A stretch of DNA of 64,000 nucleotides from Syntrophales bacterium (GTDB lineage: Bacteria; Desulfobacterota; Syntrophia; Syntrophales; PHBD01). This document shows, in pieces, positions 9,875 to 20,355 of this stretch (the first letter of the stretch is position 1; each line of letters begins with the position of its first letter). The notes under the pieces are model-generated. The model was not told the origin of the DNA and made no database searches. It was given only the letters and a program-made list of their open reading frames with translations. The stretch is taken from assembly GCA_963668175.1 (NCBI GenBank), contig OY764159.1, positions 1,824,001 through 1,888,000 of the forward strand, read 5' to 3'. The position numbers were made by a program, and so were the translations under genes.

Positions 9875-10639
9875 ATGGAAGATGCCGAAGTCGTTCTTTA
9901 CGAAAAGAGAGGAAACGTTGCGCTCGTGACGTTCAACAGGCCCAAGGCCCTCAATGCCTTGAATACGCAGGTCAACCTGGCCCTCATCGACACGCTCGCC
10001 CGGGCGGAGGATGACGCCGATGTCAAGGTCGTCGTCTTGACCGGCGCCGGGGAAAAGGCCTTCGTGGCCGGGGCCGACATCAAGGAGATGCAGAGCCTGG
10101 GTGCCGTGGAAGCGAGACAGTTTGCCCTGAATGCCAGGAAGGCCGTCGAAAGGATTTACCATCTGAAGAAACCCGTCATCGCCGCCGTCAACGGCTTCTG
10201 CTTCGGCGGGGGGCTGGAATACGCGCTGGCGTGCGATTTTCGGGTCGCCTCCGATAACGCCAAATTCGCCCTCCCGGAAATCACACTGGGCATCATTCCC
10301 GGCTCGGCCGGAACCCAGAGGCTGCCGCGCCTGATCGGCATGGGCAAGGCGAAGGAGATGATTTACAGCGGCCTCGTCGTCGGCGCGCAGGAGGCCCTCC
10401 ATCTGGGGCTGGTCAATTATGTCTTCGGCAAGGAATCGCTCGTCGCCGAGGCGACGGCCATTGCCGGGAAGATCGCGGTCAGGAGCGGCGTCGCCCTTGC
10501 CCTGGCGAAGTCGTCCATCAACCGGGGTGCGGAGGCGGACATCGATACGGCGCACATGTTCGAGATCGACTGCTTCGCCCTCTGTTTTACGACCGAAGAG
10601 CAGAAAAACGCCATGGCCGCCTTCACAGCCAAGAAATAG
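9875..10639 (+). CDS. Enoyl-CoA hydratase/crotonase
   Basis: AFVAGADIKEM, AVNGFCFGGGLE, FALPEITLGIIPGSAGTQRLPRLIG. Confidence 0.92.
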   Translation: MEDAEVVLYEKRGNVALVTFNRPKALNALNTQVNLALIDTLARAEDDADVKVVVLTGAGEKAFVAGADIKEMQSLGAVEARQFALNARKAVERIYHLKKPVIAAVNGFCFGGGLEYALACDFRVASDNAKFALPEITLGIIPGSAGTQRLPRLIGMGKAKEMIYSGLVVGAQEALHLGLVNYVFGKESLVAEATAIAGKIAVRSGVALALAKSSINRGAEADIDTAHMFEIDCFALCFTTEEQKNAMAAFTAKK

Positions 10640-10676
10640 ACCGGCTCGAAGCAACACGACAAGAAGGGAGAATTTC

Positions 10677-11465
10677 ATGAGTCTGAATGCACTATTCGAT
10701 CTGAAAGGGAAGGTCGCGCTCGTGACGGGCGGAGGCCGGGGACTGGGCAAATTCATCACGGCCGGTCTTGCGGAAGCGGGGGCTTCGGTGATCATCACGT
10801 CGAGGAAGCTTAAGAACCTGGAGGCCGCGGCCCGGGAAATCGGCGATCGGTATCATGCGGAGATAACCCCCATCGCCTGCGATCTTGCCAGGGAGGGCGA
10901 TATCGACGCCATGATCAAGGCGGCGCTGGAAAAGTATCCGCGCATCGATATCCTCGTCAACAATTCGGGAGCGACCTGGGGGGCGCCGACGCTGGAATTC
11001 CCCATCGAGCGGTGGGACCAGCTCTTCAACGTCAATGTCCGCGGCGTCTGGATCCTGTCGCAGAAGATAGCCAATCTGATGAAGCAACAGGGCGGCGGCA
11101 ACATCATCAACATCTCGTCCGTCATGGGTTTCAGGGGGTCCGAAGAAGACATCCATCCGTCGATCCCCTACAACTCGACGAAGGCCGCCGTCAATCTCTT
11201 AACCATGAACCTGGCCGTGAAGCTCGCCCCCTACAACATCCGGGTCAACGCCCTCGCCCTCGGGTATTTCCATACGGACATGACGTCCTACCTGGAAGAC
11301 CCGAAGTTCAGGAAAGAGTATGACGCGCTGCTGGCCATGACCCCCATGCGCCGTTTCGGCGACGAGAAGGATATCAAGGGCGCGGCGGTCTTTCTGGCCT
11401 CCGACGCGTCCGCGTATATGACCGGGCACGTACTGGTGACCGACGGCGGATTCCTGGCGAAATAG
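10677..11465 (+). CDS. Short-chain dehydrogenase/reductase (SDR)
   Basis: TGGGRGLG, ILVNNSG, YNSTK (YxxxK). ATG 10677 follows GGGAG; the longer ORF-track start overlaps the previous gene. Confidence 0.9.
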   Translation: MSLNALFDLKGKVALVTGGGRGLGKFITAGLAEAGASVIITSRKLKNLEAAAREIGDRYHAEITPIACDLAREGDIDAMIKAALEKYPRIDILVNNSGATWGAPTLEFPIERWDQLFNVNVRGVWILSQKIANLMKQQGGGNIINISSVMGFRGSEEDIHPSIPYNSTKAAVNLLTMNLAVKLAPYNIRVNALALGYFHTDMTSYLEDPKFRKEYDALLAMTPMRRFGDEKDIKGAAVFLASDASAYMTGHVLVTDGGFLAK

Positions 11466-11508
11466 GTATCCGGCAACAGCGAATCAATAACCATAAGGAG
11501 AAGAAACC

Positions 11509-12654
11509 ATGGATTTCATATTGAACGACGATCAAAAGATGCTCAGGGACACCGTCCGGCGCATCGCCGAAGCGGAGTTTGCGCCGCGCGCCGCCGAGGT
11601 GGACCAGACCGAAATATTCCCGCGTAACGCATTCAAAACGCTCGCGGACAACGGACTTTTAGGCATTCAGGTTCCGGAAGCCTACGGCGGTGCCGGAGCC
11701 GGCATGCTGTCCCTCATCCTCACGGTGGAAGAGGTCGCGCGCGTCTGCGCCTCCACGTCGGTCATCCTGACGACCCAGGCCCTGGCGAGCGACCCGCTCC
11801 TGATTGCCGGCTCCGAGGACCAGAAAAAGAATTACCTGTACCGGATGGCGTCGGGCGAGACCCTGGGCGCATGCGCCATTACGGAGCCGGGGGCCGGGTC
11901 GGACGTGTCGGGGATGAAGACCGTGGCCAAGAAGGTGGACGGCGGCTATCTCCTGAACGGCGCCAAGATATTCATCACCAACGGCGGCGAATCGGACATC
12001 GTCACCGTTCTCGCCTACACCGACAGGGAAAAGGGCAACAAGGGCATCAGCATGCTCCTCGTGGAAAAGGGCGATAAAGGCTTCACCGTGGGCCGTCAGG
12101 AACACAAACTGGGCATCCACGGGTCCGACACGCGCGAGTTGACCTTCGAGGACGTTTTCCTGCCGCAGGAGAGAATGATGGGCGGCGAGGGGAACGGCTT
12201 CAAGATTCTCATGACGACGTTCAATTACACGCGGCCCGCCGTCGGCGCCCAGGCCCTAGGCATTGCGCAGGGGGCCCTGGAGGCGGCGATCAATTATTCC
12301 AAGGAACGCGTGCAGTTCGGGAAGCCCCTGGCGTCGTTCCAGGGCATGCAGTGGATGCTGGCGGAAATGGCGCTGAGCGTGGAAGCGGCCAGGACCCTTG
12401 TCTACAGGGCCGCTTCGACCATCGACGCGGAGCCCGATTCCCCGGATATTCCCCGCATCGCCTCCATGGCGAAATGGTTCGCCTCCGACATGGCCATGAA
12501 GGTGACGACGGATGCCGTCCAGGTATTCGGAGGCTACGGCTACAGCCGGGAATATCCCGTGGAACGGATGATGCGCGATGCGAAGATCACACAGATCTAC
12601 GAAGGCACAAACCAGGTGCAGAGGATCATCATTGCCGGCCAGATCCTGAAATAG
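11509..12654 (+). CDS. Acyl-CoA dehydrogenase
   Basis: [49 protein letters not shown]. Confidence 0.93.
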   Translation: MDFILNDDQKMLRDTVRRIAEAEFAPRAAEVDQTEIFPRNAFKTLADNGLLGIQVPEAYGGAGAGMLSLILTVEEVARVCASTSVILTTQALASDPLLIAGSEDQKKNYLYRMASGETLGACAITEPGAGSDVSGMKTVAKKVDGGYLLNGAKIFITNGGESDIVTVLAYTDREKGNKGISMLLVEKGDKGFTVGRQEHKLGIHGSDTRELTFEDVFLPQERMMGGEGNGFKILMTTFNYTRPAVGAQALGIAQGALEAAINYSKERVQFGKPLASFQGMQWMLAEMALSVEAARTLVYRAASTIDAEPDSPDIPRIASMAKWFASDMAMKVTTDAVQVFGGYGYSREYPVERMMRDAKITQIYEGTNQVQRIIIAGQILK

Positions 12655-12779
12655 AACCGCTGTTCTAATGCGAACGCCTTATTTGCACCGGGCGCCGGCT
12701 GTATGACCGGGGTGGAATAAATCTCCATAAAGTTATCCGGGAACCTTAACATCAGAGAAAGTGAGGGAGGGAGAAGCAC

Positions 12780-14027
12780 ATGAGTAGCGATTATGGTCAG
12801 AAGTTTATTCCGGTTCCAGACGAAAACGCTTCAATCAAGGGCATACAGATTCTCGTATGGATATTTGCCTGGCTTGCCCTGGTCCTTGATGTCATGGATT
12901 GGCAATTGCTGTCGGTTGCCGCCAGCAACATCCTGGCTGAATTCAAATTTCCGAAAGCGGCCATGGGCCTGCTTCTGGGCGCACCGCTCCTGGGTGCGGG
13001 CATCGGAGGCCTCCTGTCCGGGTGGCTGTCCGACAAGTTCGGCCGCGTCCGGGTCATGGTCTATTGTCTTATGTGGTATTCTATCTTCACCGTTGCCTTT
13101 GCCTTTGCCAACAGCTTCGAGATGATGCTTGCGCTCCGGATTCTCGTCGGCCTCGGATTGGGCGCGCAGTGGGGTGTCGGCAACACCCTCGTCGCGGAAG
13201 TCATGCCGGCGCGGATGAGGATCATGTGTTCGGCCGTAATCCAGACCGGCTTCGCCTTCGGTCCCATGCTGGCCGCATATGCAGCGAAGGAAATCCTGCC
13301 CGTTTCCGGGTGGAGACCGCTCTTCTATCTTGGCGCGGTCGGCCTCGTCATGGCGGTCATCGCCAAGTTGTGGATTCCCGAGCCGGAGGCGTGGCTTAAG
13401 AAGCGCCACGAGGCAAGGGGCGGTACGGTCAAACTGGGAAGCATTCCCCAGCTCTTCTCCCGGGAACTGAGGATCAATACGATCTGCGCCTTCGGTCTCG
13501 TCTGGTTCACGCTGCTTGCCTACTGGGGCGCCATGAGCTGGATACCCAACTGGCTGGTCGCGGAACGCGGGATGAATATCGTCAAATCGATGGACTATCT
13601 CATGTGGCTCAATGTGGGCGGCGTGATCGGCTACATCGTCTTTGCCCTCATCGCCGACAGGTGGGGCCGGAAACCGCCGGCTTACATAACGCTCGTTGCC
13701 TCGTTTGTCGCCGTCGTCTGTTTCGTCAATATCAAGGAACCCTCGGCCATGCTGATCTTCGCTCCGATATTCGCCTTCATCACCTATCCGATTTTCGGGC
13801 TGTACGGCGGCTACATGTCGGAGCTCTTTCCCACGGAGGTCAGGGCTACGGCGGTCAACGGCATCTATAATCTGGCCCGCATGACGGCCTTCTTCGCGCC
13901 GGGCGTCATGGGCGCCATCGCCGCTTCCTTCTCCATGACGACGGCCATCGGGTTTACCGCGGTCCTTTATTTATGCTCCATCATACCGCTTTTCTTCCTG
14001 CCGGAAACCATCAGACACAAAAGGTAG
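12780..14027 (+). CDS. MFS transporter (organic acid:H+ symporter-like)
   Basis: Motif A GWLSDKFGRVR and ADRWGRK, ELFPTEVRATA; about 12 hydrophobic segments. Confidence 0.88.
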   Translation: MSSDYGQKFIPVPDENASIKGIQILVWIFAWLALVLDVMDWQLLSVAASNILAEFKFPKAAMGLLLGAPLLGAGIGGLLSGWLSDKFGRVRVMVYCLMWYSIFTVAFAFANSFEMMLALRILVGLGLGAQWGVGNTLVAEVMPARMRIMCSAVIQTGFAFGPMLAAYAAKEILPVSGWRPLFYLGAVGLVMAVIAKLWIPEPEAWLKKRHEARGGTVKLGSIPQLFSRELRINTICAFGLVWFTLLAYWGAMSWIPNWLVAERGMNIVKSMDYLMWLNVGGVIGYIVFALIADRWGRKPPAYITLVASFVAVVCFVNIKEPSAMLIFAPIFAFITYPIFGLYGGYMSELFPTEVRATAVNGIYNLARMTAFFAPGVMGAIAASFSMTTAIGFTAVLYLCSIIPLFFLPETIRHKR

Positions 14028-14147
14028 CTTTCGGCGGCGGGTTTCGATATACAAAAGCGGGGTGCCGGACACGGCATCCCGCCTAAATCAGCGGGGCGGC
14101 CGTTGAAGCGGAGCGGAAGGCGTCCTGATAAATCGTGAGGAGTGCAG

Positions 14148-15380
14148 ATGAAAATGGAAAAGAAGAAATTGCTGGACGGCATAAAGATAGTGGATCTGAC
14201 CAGGGTCTATGCCGGACCTTTCAGCAGCCAGATACTGGCTGACATGGGGGCGGAAATCATAAAGATCGAAGACGGCGGGCCCAACACGAACGAGCGCAGC
14301 TGGGCGCCGTTCGCGCCGGGCACCAAGGAGTCCACGTATTTCATCGGGCTCAATCGCGGCAAGAAAAGCATAGAACTGAATCTCAAAGAACCCAAGGCCC
14401 TCGAGATTTTCTACAAACTCGTCGGGGATGCCGATATCGTGATGGAGAACTACGCCCCCGGGGTGGCCCCCAAGCTTCTTGTCGGCTACGAACAATGCAG
14501 GAAGATCAAACCGGACATCATCTACCTGTCCATATCCACCTTCGGGCAGTACGGCCCCCTCAGCAAGCTTCCCGGCTACGACATGCTGGCCCAGGCCATG
14601 GGAGGACTCATGAGCATCACCGGATTTCCCGATAAACCCGTGCGGGTGGGTTCGTCGCTCGGAGACGTCATTGCGGGTCTTTACGGGACCATTGCGATGC
14701 TGGGGGCGCTCCAATACAGGAACCTCACGGGCGAGGGCCAGTACATCGACGTCGCGCTCGTCGACTGCATATTCACTTGCCTCGAAAACAACGTGCCCGC
14801 CTACACCATCACGGGGAGGCAACCCCGCCGGATGGGCAGCCGCCATCCCGACGGCGGGCCCTACGATGTCTATACCTGCAAGGACGGCTTCATCGGCGTC
14901 GTCGCCTCCAACGAGAAGCTGTGGGGAGGCATGTGCCAGGTCATGGGAAGGCCGGAACTGGCAAAAGACCCGAAGTTCGACAGCAACGTCACGAGGATGC
15001 AGAACGTCGAGGAGATGACGGAAATCATCAACAACTGGATGAAAGATTTCACCGTGGAGGAGGCCATCGTCAAACTGCGCGAGGTCCGCGTGCCGGTCGC
15101 CCCCATCCTGGACGTGCCCCGGATCTGTGAGAGCGACAATACCAAGGCGCGCAACATGCTCGTCGAATTCGAGCATGCGACGGCGGGCAGGCTCCGTTTG
15201 GCCGGCAATCCCGTCAAGTACGGTGCCTACGATGCCATTGCCGAGCTTCCCCCGCCTTTCAAGGGACAACATACGCCGGAAATCCTGGAAGCCCTGGGAT
15301 ACAGTAAGGGCGACATCGACGAATTGCTGAAATCCGGGGCGATCGGCGACGGGTTTATGACCAGGGCAAAAAAGGAATAG
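14148..15380 (+). CDS. Family III CoA-transferase (CaiB/BaiF)
   Basis: LDGIKIVDLTRVYAGPF, LADMGAEIIKIE, NRGKKSIELNLK, PGYDMLAQAMGG (catalytic Asp). Confidence 0.92.
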   Translation: MKMEKKKLLDGIKIVDLTRVYAGPFSSQILADMGAEIIKIEDGGPNTNERSWAPFAPGTKESTYFIGLNRGKKSIELNLKEPKALEIFYKLVGDADIVMENYAPGVAPKLLVGYEQCRKIKPDIIYLSISTFGQYGPLSKLPGYDMLAQAMGGLMSITGFPDKPVRVGSSLGDVIAGLYGTIAMLGALQYRNLTGEGQYIDVALVDCIFTCLENNVPAYTITGRQPRRMGSRHPDGGPYDVYTCKDGFIGVVASNEKLWGGMCQVMGRPELAKDPKFDSNVTRMQNVEEMTEIINNWMKDFTVEEAIVKLREVRVPVAPILDVPRICESDNTKARNMLVEFEHATAGRLRLAGNPVKYGAYDAIAELPPPFKGQHTPEILEALGYSKGDIDELLKSGAIGDGFMTRAKKE

Positions 15381-15452
15381 AACCCGAAAACGGGGAGCTG
15401 TTCCACAAACAAACGATCAGGACACTCGTGTGTCGTCTGTAAGGATGAATTT

Positions 15453-15884
15453 ATGGTTGGCAAAACGATTGAAGAGATCAAAACAGGCGATTCGGCGGAA
15501 TTTTCCAAGACCGTTTCGGAAGCCGATATCTATCTGTACGCCGGTGTAACGGGAGATTTCAATCCGGCCCATATCAACGAAGCTTACGCCAAACAGACTT
15601 TTTTCAAGGGACGGATCGCCCACGGCATGCTTTCCGCCGGCTTCATCTCCGCGGTCATTGCGAACCGGCTGCCGGGACCGGGGACGATCTATATCCGCCA
15701 GGAACTCAACTTCCTGGCTCCCGTCCGCATCGGCGATACGGTGACCGCCAGGGTCGAGGTTGTCGAAAGGATCCCGGATAAGAACAGGCTTCTTCTCAGG
15801 ACGACCTGCGTCGTCGAGGACGGTACGGCCGTCGTGGACGGACAGGCCCTGGTCAGCCCGCCCAAGCCGCGCAAAAATGTTTGA
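15453..15884 (+). CDS. MaoC-family (R)-specific enoyl-CoA hydratase
   Basis: GDFNPAH, IAHGML, LPGPGTIY. Confidence 0.9.
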   Translation: MVGKTIEEIKTGDSAEFSKTVSEADIYLYAGVTGDFNPAHINEAYAKQTFFKGRIAHGMLSAGFISAVIANRLPGPGTIYIRQELNFLAPVRIGDTVTARVEVVERIPDKNRLLLRTTCVVEDGTAVVDGQALVSPPKPRKNV

Positions 15885-15900
15885 AATGGTCTTTCTCGGA

Positions 15901-15950
15901 TGACAGGAGGAGAATCGTTTCCATCTCCTTCTCTCGTTTTCCTCCTGTCA
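15901..15950. terminator. Stem-loop at the end of the catabolic operon
   Basis: TGACAGGAGGAGAA...TTTTCCTCCTGTCA inverted repeat just after the MaoC stop. Confidence 0.5.
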
Positions 15951-16303
15951 CGTCCCGTCCAGACTTTAAAGTGCGCACTGGTATTAAGAATAGTAAGAAT
16001 AGTTCACCGCGAACTTCTGCTCGGAACCCGGGCCGGCCTGCAAAGGGATTTCCTGCATCGTGAAAGATGTTTCTGGAAGTTGCTGGCAGCATGCTGTCTG
16101 TTTCATGGAACGGGTGAACGGTTTGTTTCAGACCACCCATGCTCTGCAAAAGTATGATACTTTACGTTTTAGATAGGAAATGTTCTCTTGATTGGAAGGT
16201 ATTGTTTCCCGTCGTTGAGCCCATATCAGCTGCAACATTTTTTACCAGTGTACATTGCCTCAGCGGATAGTCTGTCAGGGCGTACCAGACGCCAAGAGGG
16301 CGT

Positions 16304-17944
16304 TCACGCATTCGTACTTGTTTCCCTCTTTGGGTTATATTTCTTTTCGATCTCGGAGATTCTGATCTTACCCGATCCTGTTCTGGGAAAAGAATCTACA
16401 AAGAGTATCCTGGAAGGTACCATATAAGACGGCAGTTTCCCTGAAATCAGACTTTTGATTTCTGCTTCCGATACCGTCAGTTCTTTCTTGGGTATAACCT
16501 CGCAGAAGATCAAATTGCCTGCTTTTTCATCTTTGACGGCAAATGCGATCGCTTCGCTCACTGATGTATGAGTCATGATTGCATCAACGATTTCTTTCGG
16601 ATAAACCCTGTACCCCGAGGTCTTAATCATTTTGTCTTTTCGGCCAAGTATGTATAGATACCCCTCTTCATCTATTTTACCAATATCTCCGGTAAAAATA
16701 GTTTTTGGTACGAACGGTGCGCTTGTTGTATCCGTAAGTGGATCTTTCCGTATCTTCTTTCTTGTTTCGAGAGAATCGCCTAAATATCCCATCATCATAC
16801 CGTCGCCCTTATGTATAATTTCGCCTGTCTCGTTTGGAACTGCCCGTTGGCCTCGCGTGTTCAATATGAAGACGTCCGTTCCTGTAACAGGCTTGCCCAC
16901 AGACGATATCTTCCTTTTATAATCGTGCGGTTTTAAAATGGTACTGCGGAAGGTTTCCGTCTGGCCGTACGTCTTATAAATATCCACGCGATAAGCCATT
17001 TCTCGTAATTGTTCCAAATGGCGTAAAGGGAGATCGCCACCCGAGATGGTGATATATCTCAATTTGTTTAGGGCAGTTGCCATGTCCCCGGTTCCATGTT
17101 CGAGAAGACCCGCCCAAATGGCAGGGACGGCAGATATACCGGATATACCATATTGATTGATAGCTACGGCAATATCCGCAGGGAGCCATGAATTTAGAAT
17201 AACGAGACATGATCCGGTTATCAGAGAAGTGAAAAGCTGATTGCATCCGACGTCAAAAGAGAAAGGCAGCAGGCTGAGAAGGCAGTCTTCATTTTTCAAG
17301 TTATAATCTTCACATTCCGTTTGGACCCTGTTCAATAAATCCTGGTGAGAAATCAGAACGCCTTTGGGGAAGCCTGTCGAACCCGACGTGAAAAGGGCCA
17401 TGGCTATGTCCTGGTTAACGATTTGCCGAGATATAGGGTTTTCAAGGGAACTACGATCAACGGAACGAAAGGTGTTAATTTCGAGAATCCGGGAAACGTT
17501 TTCAAGAATCGAAGCATGCCACGGTGATATTGGATCCGACGAGAATAGTAATATCTTTGCGTCAATTTCCGTGTGATCGTCTATACTGCTGAAGCCGATT
17601 AATCCGGCAAAATCGATGATAAGAAGGCGAGACTTAGATAGGGTTGTTATATAAGCTATCTGTGGAATTTTGACCCGCGAATTGATGCAATAAAATCCGG
17701 CACCGGTCTTTAATATAGCCAACACGGCAACGACATTGTCTATGGACTTCTGCATAAAAGTACCGCACAACGACCCTTCCGAAATACCGCACGATGTCAA
17801 GTGAGAAGCCAAGTCGTCTGATCTGTCATCCAAGTCACGATAAGTTATGTTGAAAGATCTGTTCTTGGATAGATGATGGACGATTGCCGTCTTATTGGGA
17901 TGTGCGATAACGATATCTTTGAACTTATCGATAATGTTCGGCAT
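16304..17944 (-). CDS. AMP-dependent acyl ligase (resembles polysaccharide/exosortase-locus acyl-CoA ligases)
   Basis: LFTSGSTGFPKGV, LPFSFDVG, YGQTETFRST, FTGDIG, GRKDKMIKTSGYRV, PRTGSGKI. Confidence 0.85.
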   Translation of the reverse strand: MPNIIDKFKDIVIAHPNKTAIVHHLSKNRSFNITYRDLDDRSDDLASHLTSCGISEGSLCGTFMQKSIDNVVAVLAILKTGAGFYCINSRVKIPQIAYITTLSKSRLLIIDFAGLIGFSSIDDHTEIDAKILLFSSDPISPWHASILENVSRILEINTFRSVDRSSLENPISRQIVNQDIAMALFTSGSTGFPKGVLISHQDLLNRVQTECEDYNLKNEDCLLSLLPFSFDVGCNQLFTSLITGSCLVILNSWLPADIAVAINQYGISGISAVPAIWAGLLEHGTGDMATALNKLRYITISGGDLPLRHLEQLREMAYRVDIYKTYGQTETFRSTILKPHDYKRKISSVGKPVTGTDVFILNTRGQRAVPNETGEIIHKGDGMMMGYLGDSLETRKKIRKDPLTDTTSAPFVPKTIFTGDIGKIDEEGYLYILGRKDKMIKTSGYRVYPKEIVDAIMTHTSVSEAIAFAVKDEKAGNLIFCEVIPKKELTVSEAEIKSLISGKLPSYMVPSRILFVDSFPRTGSGKIRISEIEKKYNPKRETSTNA

Positions 17945-17953
17945 TGTCGGGCC

Positions 17954-18211
17954 TCACGATAATCTCTGTTGAATAAAATAGGCTATCAGATCAATCGTGT
18001 CGAAATTGTCGAGCGTGATATCGGAAGCCTCAATTACGATGTTGAATTCATCCTGAAGCATCTGTACTGCGCGTACGATACTTACCGAATCCAAGATGCC
18101 GCTATCGACAAGCGAGAGATCATTTGTTAATTCGATTTTCAGACCCCGGAAGGTCGGCAAAATTTCATTAATGATTATCGATACTTTTTCGCCAATGTGA
18201 ATTGACGACAT
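17954..18211 (-). CDS. Acyl carrier protein
   Basis: 85 aa, acidic; GILDSVSIV phosphopantetheine-site motif; DNFDTID tail; 9 bp from the ligase gene. Confidence 0.85.
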   Translation of the reverse strand: MSSIHIGEKVSIIINEILPTFRGLKIELTNDLSLVDSGILDSVSIVRAVQMLQDEFNIVIEASDITLDNFDTIDLIAYFIQQRLS

Positions 18212-18398
18212 GCAGGCTCTCCTAATATTTTATTTTTCGCAGTTATTGCCATCTCTATGATATCATTCTTTTTTATTTGTTCCGATGTGGAAATTAAAGA
18301 AGAGAAACGAACTCCGGCGATGCCTCGACTCAATCACATGGCCGCATTTATAAACAAGAATGCAAGGCGGCGGTTAACGAGTTGTCTTTCGGATCTTC

Positions 18399-18596
18399 TT
18401 AAGGCGAAGCGAGAAAGAAAAGAAAACCGGATCTGTTCGGCAAAAATCTCAAGCCTTCAGCTTTCAGTAGATGAAGGCAACCGTGCCAGTCTATGCCGCT
18501 GTCGACGCTTTCTATAGTGCATGTTTCGCCGCAAAAAGGACAAACCGTTGCATCGGAATCACTGTAGACTATCTTAACATCTTTGGTATTCGTCAT
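18399..18596 (-). CDS. Small Cys-containing hypothetical protein
   Basis: 65 aa, CPFCGETC...WHGCLH; starts 12 nt after the acetyltransferase stop. Confidence 0.35.
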   Translation of the reverse strand: MTNTKDVKIVYSDSDATVCPFCGETCTIESVDSGIDWHGCLHLLKAEGLRFLPNRSGFLFFLASP

Positions 18597-18608
18597 CTCT
18601 CTTTCCAA

Positions 18609-19226
18609 TTAGGATAATATCTCCTTATGCTTTTCACGGTTATACTGGACGAATGCCTTGCTCCCGAAAAAGTGTATCGCTTTGGCAGGAATCCCTATCA
18701 TGACTGCATTATCGGGGACATCTTCCATGACAACGGAATTCGCGCCGATAGCTACGTTGTTTCCTATAGAGATATTGCCGATCAGCTTCGCCCCCGGGGC
18801 GATATAGACGAAATCGCCTATCTTAGGTTGGCCGTAATTGCTGCCTCTTCCTGACCATCCCACCGTATTGCCGTGGGATATATTGCAGAACTTGCCCATG
18901 GAGGTATTGCCTCCGACGAAAATATTACCAAAATGCCCTATATATAGTCCAGGGCCTATATCGATGTCATCGCCTATGGATATGCCGGCCACAGTCTGCA
19001 CGCCGAGATGGCAAAATCTTAAGATCGGTTTCAAAATGATCTTTAATAGTGTCGAACGGCACTCGACATGGACCCAACGCCTGAGCCTGTATACAACAAT
19101 TGCCCATATTCCTTGCGTGAACAATATTATCTCTAAGGCTTTCAGAAACGAAATGTGATCGACTTTATCTCGGGGATACAAATAGCGATAGAGGTCATGC
19201 TTCAGATAGCGCAACTGCGACATCAT
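18609..19226 (-). CDS. Serine acetyltransferase-like hexapeptide-repeat O-acetyltransferase (CysE/WcaB type)
   Basis: IGPGLYIGHFGNI, PKIGDFVYIAPGAKLIGNISIGNNVAIGANSVV...GIPAK. Confidence 0.88.
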   Translation of the reverse strand: MMSQLRYLKHDLYRYLYPRDKVDHISFLKALEIILFTQGIWAIVVYRLRRWVHVECRSTLLKIILKPILRFCHLGVQTVAGISIGDDIDIGPGLYIGHFGNIFVGGNTSMGKFCNISHGNTVGWSGRGSNYGQPKIGDFVYIAPGAKLIGNISIGNNVAIGANSVVMEDVPDNAVMIGIPAKAIHFFGSKAFVQYNREKHKEILS

Positions 19227-19588
19227 TACCTCTTTAGTATGTTCTAGAATAGAGATACAATAGTATAAAAAATTAACGACGTCAATATATAACGTAAGCT
19301 ATTTTTAGATATTGCCTTTCGGTGGAGGAAATATCAACTAATCTTACATTCATACTGGATTGTTTTCATTCATACGGCGATCATATTGCAGTCAAATTCA
19401 TTTTGATACGGTCATTCCAGATAGCAGAGATGACCTTAAATCGGGGTGTCGGTCGATTTGAACCCGACAAAATTCGCCGGAGATCGAGGGCTCGGCTTAA
19501 GTGTCTTTCCTTTTTGATTTCCTTATTCCGGAACTGGCGTGAGGAAGTGCGGGGCCGTTGTCTGACCGCGGGCGGATCCAAGGGAGGG

Positions 19589-20293
19589 TCATTTGATATC
19601 GGCGAACTTGTAGCCGATGCTCCTGACCGTGAAGATATAGCGTGGCCGGTCTTTGTCCTTTTCGATGGCCGACCGCAGGCGGCTGATGTGGGCGTCGACC
19701 GTACGCGGCTCGACGAACACCTCGTCCTTCCAGACGAGGTCGAGAATCTGCCTCCGGCTGTAGACGCGGCCGGGATGGCGGCTGAAGAAATGGAGGAGCT
19801 TCAACTCCATCGGTCCCAGTTGCACCGGCGCGCCGTCGACGGAAACCGCGTAGGAACGGTAGTCGATGGTGAGGCCGTTCCAGGTAAAGATATCCGGCGG
19901 ATCGTCCCGGACCGGCTCATGGTCGACGCGACGCATGACGGCCCTGATGCGGGCGAAGAGCTCCCTGACATTGAACGGCTTGGTGACGTAATCGTCCGCT
20001 CCCATTTCCAGGCCGAGAATCTTGTCCGCTAAATCGCTTTTCGCCGTCAGCATGACGATGGGGAGACGCTTGAACCCGTATTCGCTTCGTACGATCCGGC
20101 AGACATCCAGTCCGGACATTTCCGGCATCATCAGGTCCAGGATCATCAGGTCCGGCATGCTTTTCCTGATTTCCGCCAGGGCCTGTCGCCCGTCGTAGGC
20201 CTTGACGACGGCATAATCCTCCCGTTCGAGGTTATAGGCGATCAGTTCGACGATGTCCTTCTCGTCGTCCACAACGAGGATATTTTTCGGCAT
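19589..20293 (-). CDS. phoB: OmpR/PhoB-family response regulator (PhoB-like)
   Basis: REC domain (ILVVDDE, LDLMMP, GADDYVTKPF) plus winged helix (VYSRRQILDLVW, VEPRTVDAHISRLR); in an operon with pstS. Confidence 0.8.
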   Translation of the reverse strand: MPKNILVVDDEKDIVELIAYNLEREDYAVVKAYDGRQALAEIRKSMPDLMILDLMMPEMSGLDVCRIVRSEYGFKRLPIVMLTAKSDLADKILGLEMGADDYVTKPFNVRELFARIRAVMRRVDHEPVRDDPPDIFTWNGLTIDYRSYAVSVDGAPVQLGPMELKLLHFFSRHPGRVYSRRQILDLVWKDEVFVEPRTVDAHISRLRSAIEKDKDRPRYIFTVRSIGYKFADIK

Positions 20294-20355
20294 AAGGCAT
20301 CACCCCGGATTGTTTGTCGCGGTCCCGCAGCGCTTTCGCAGGCGATTTTCGCTCC

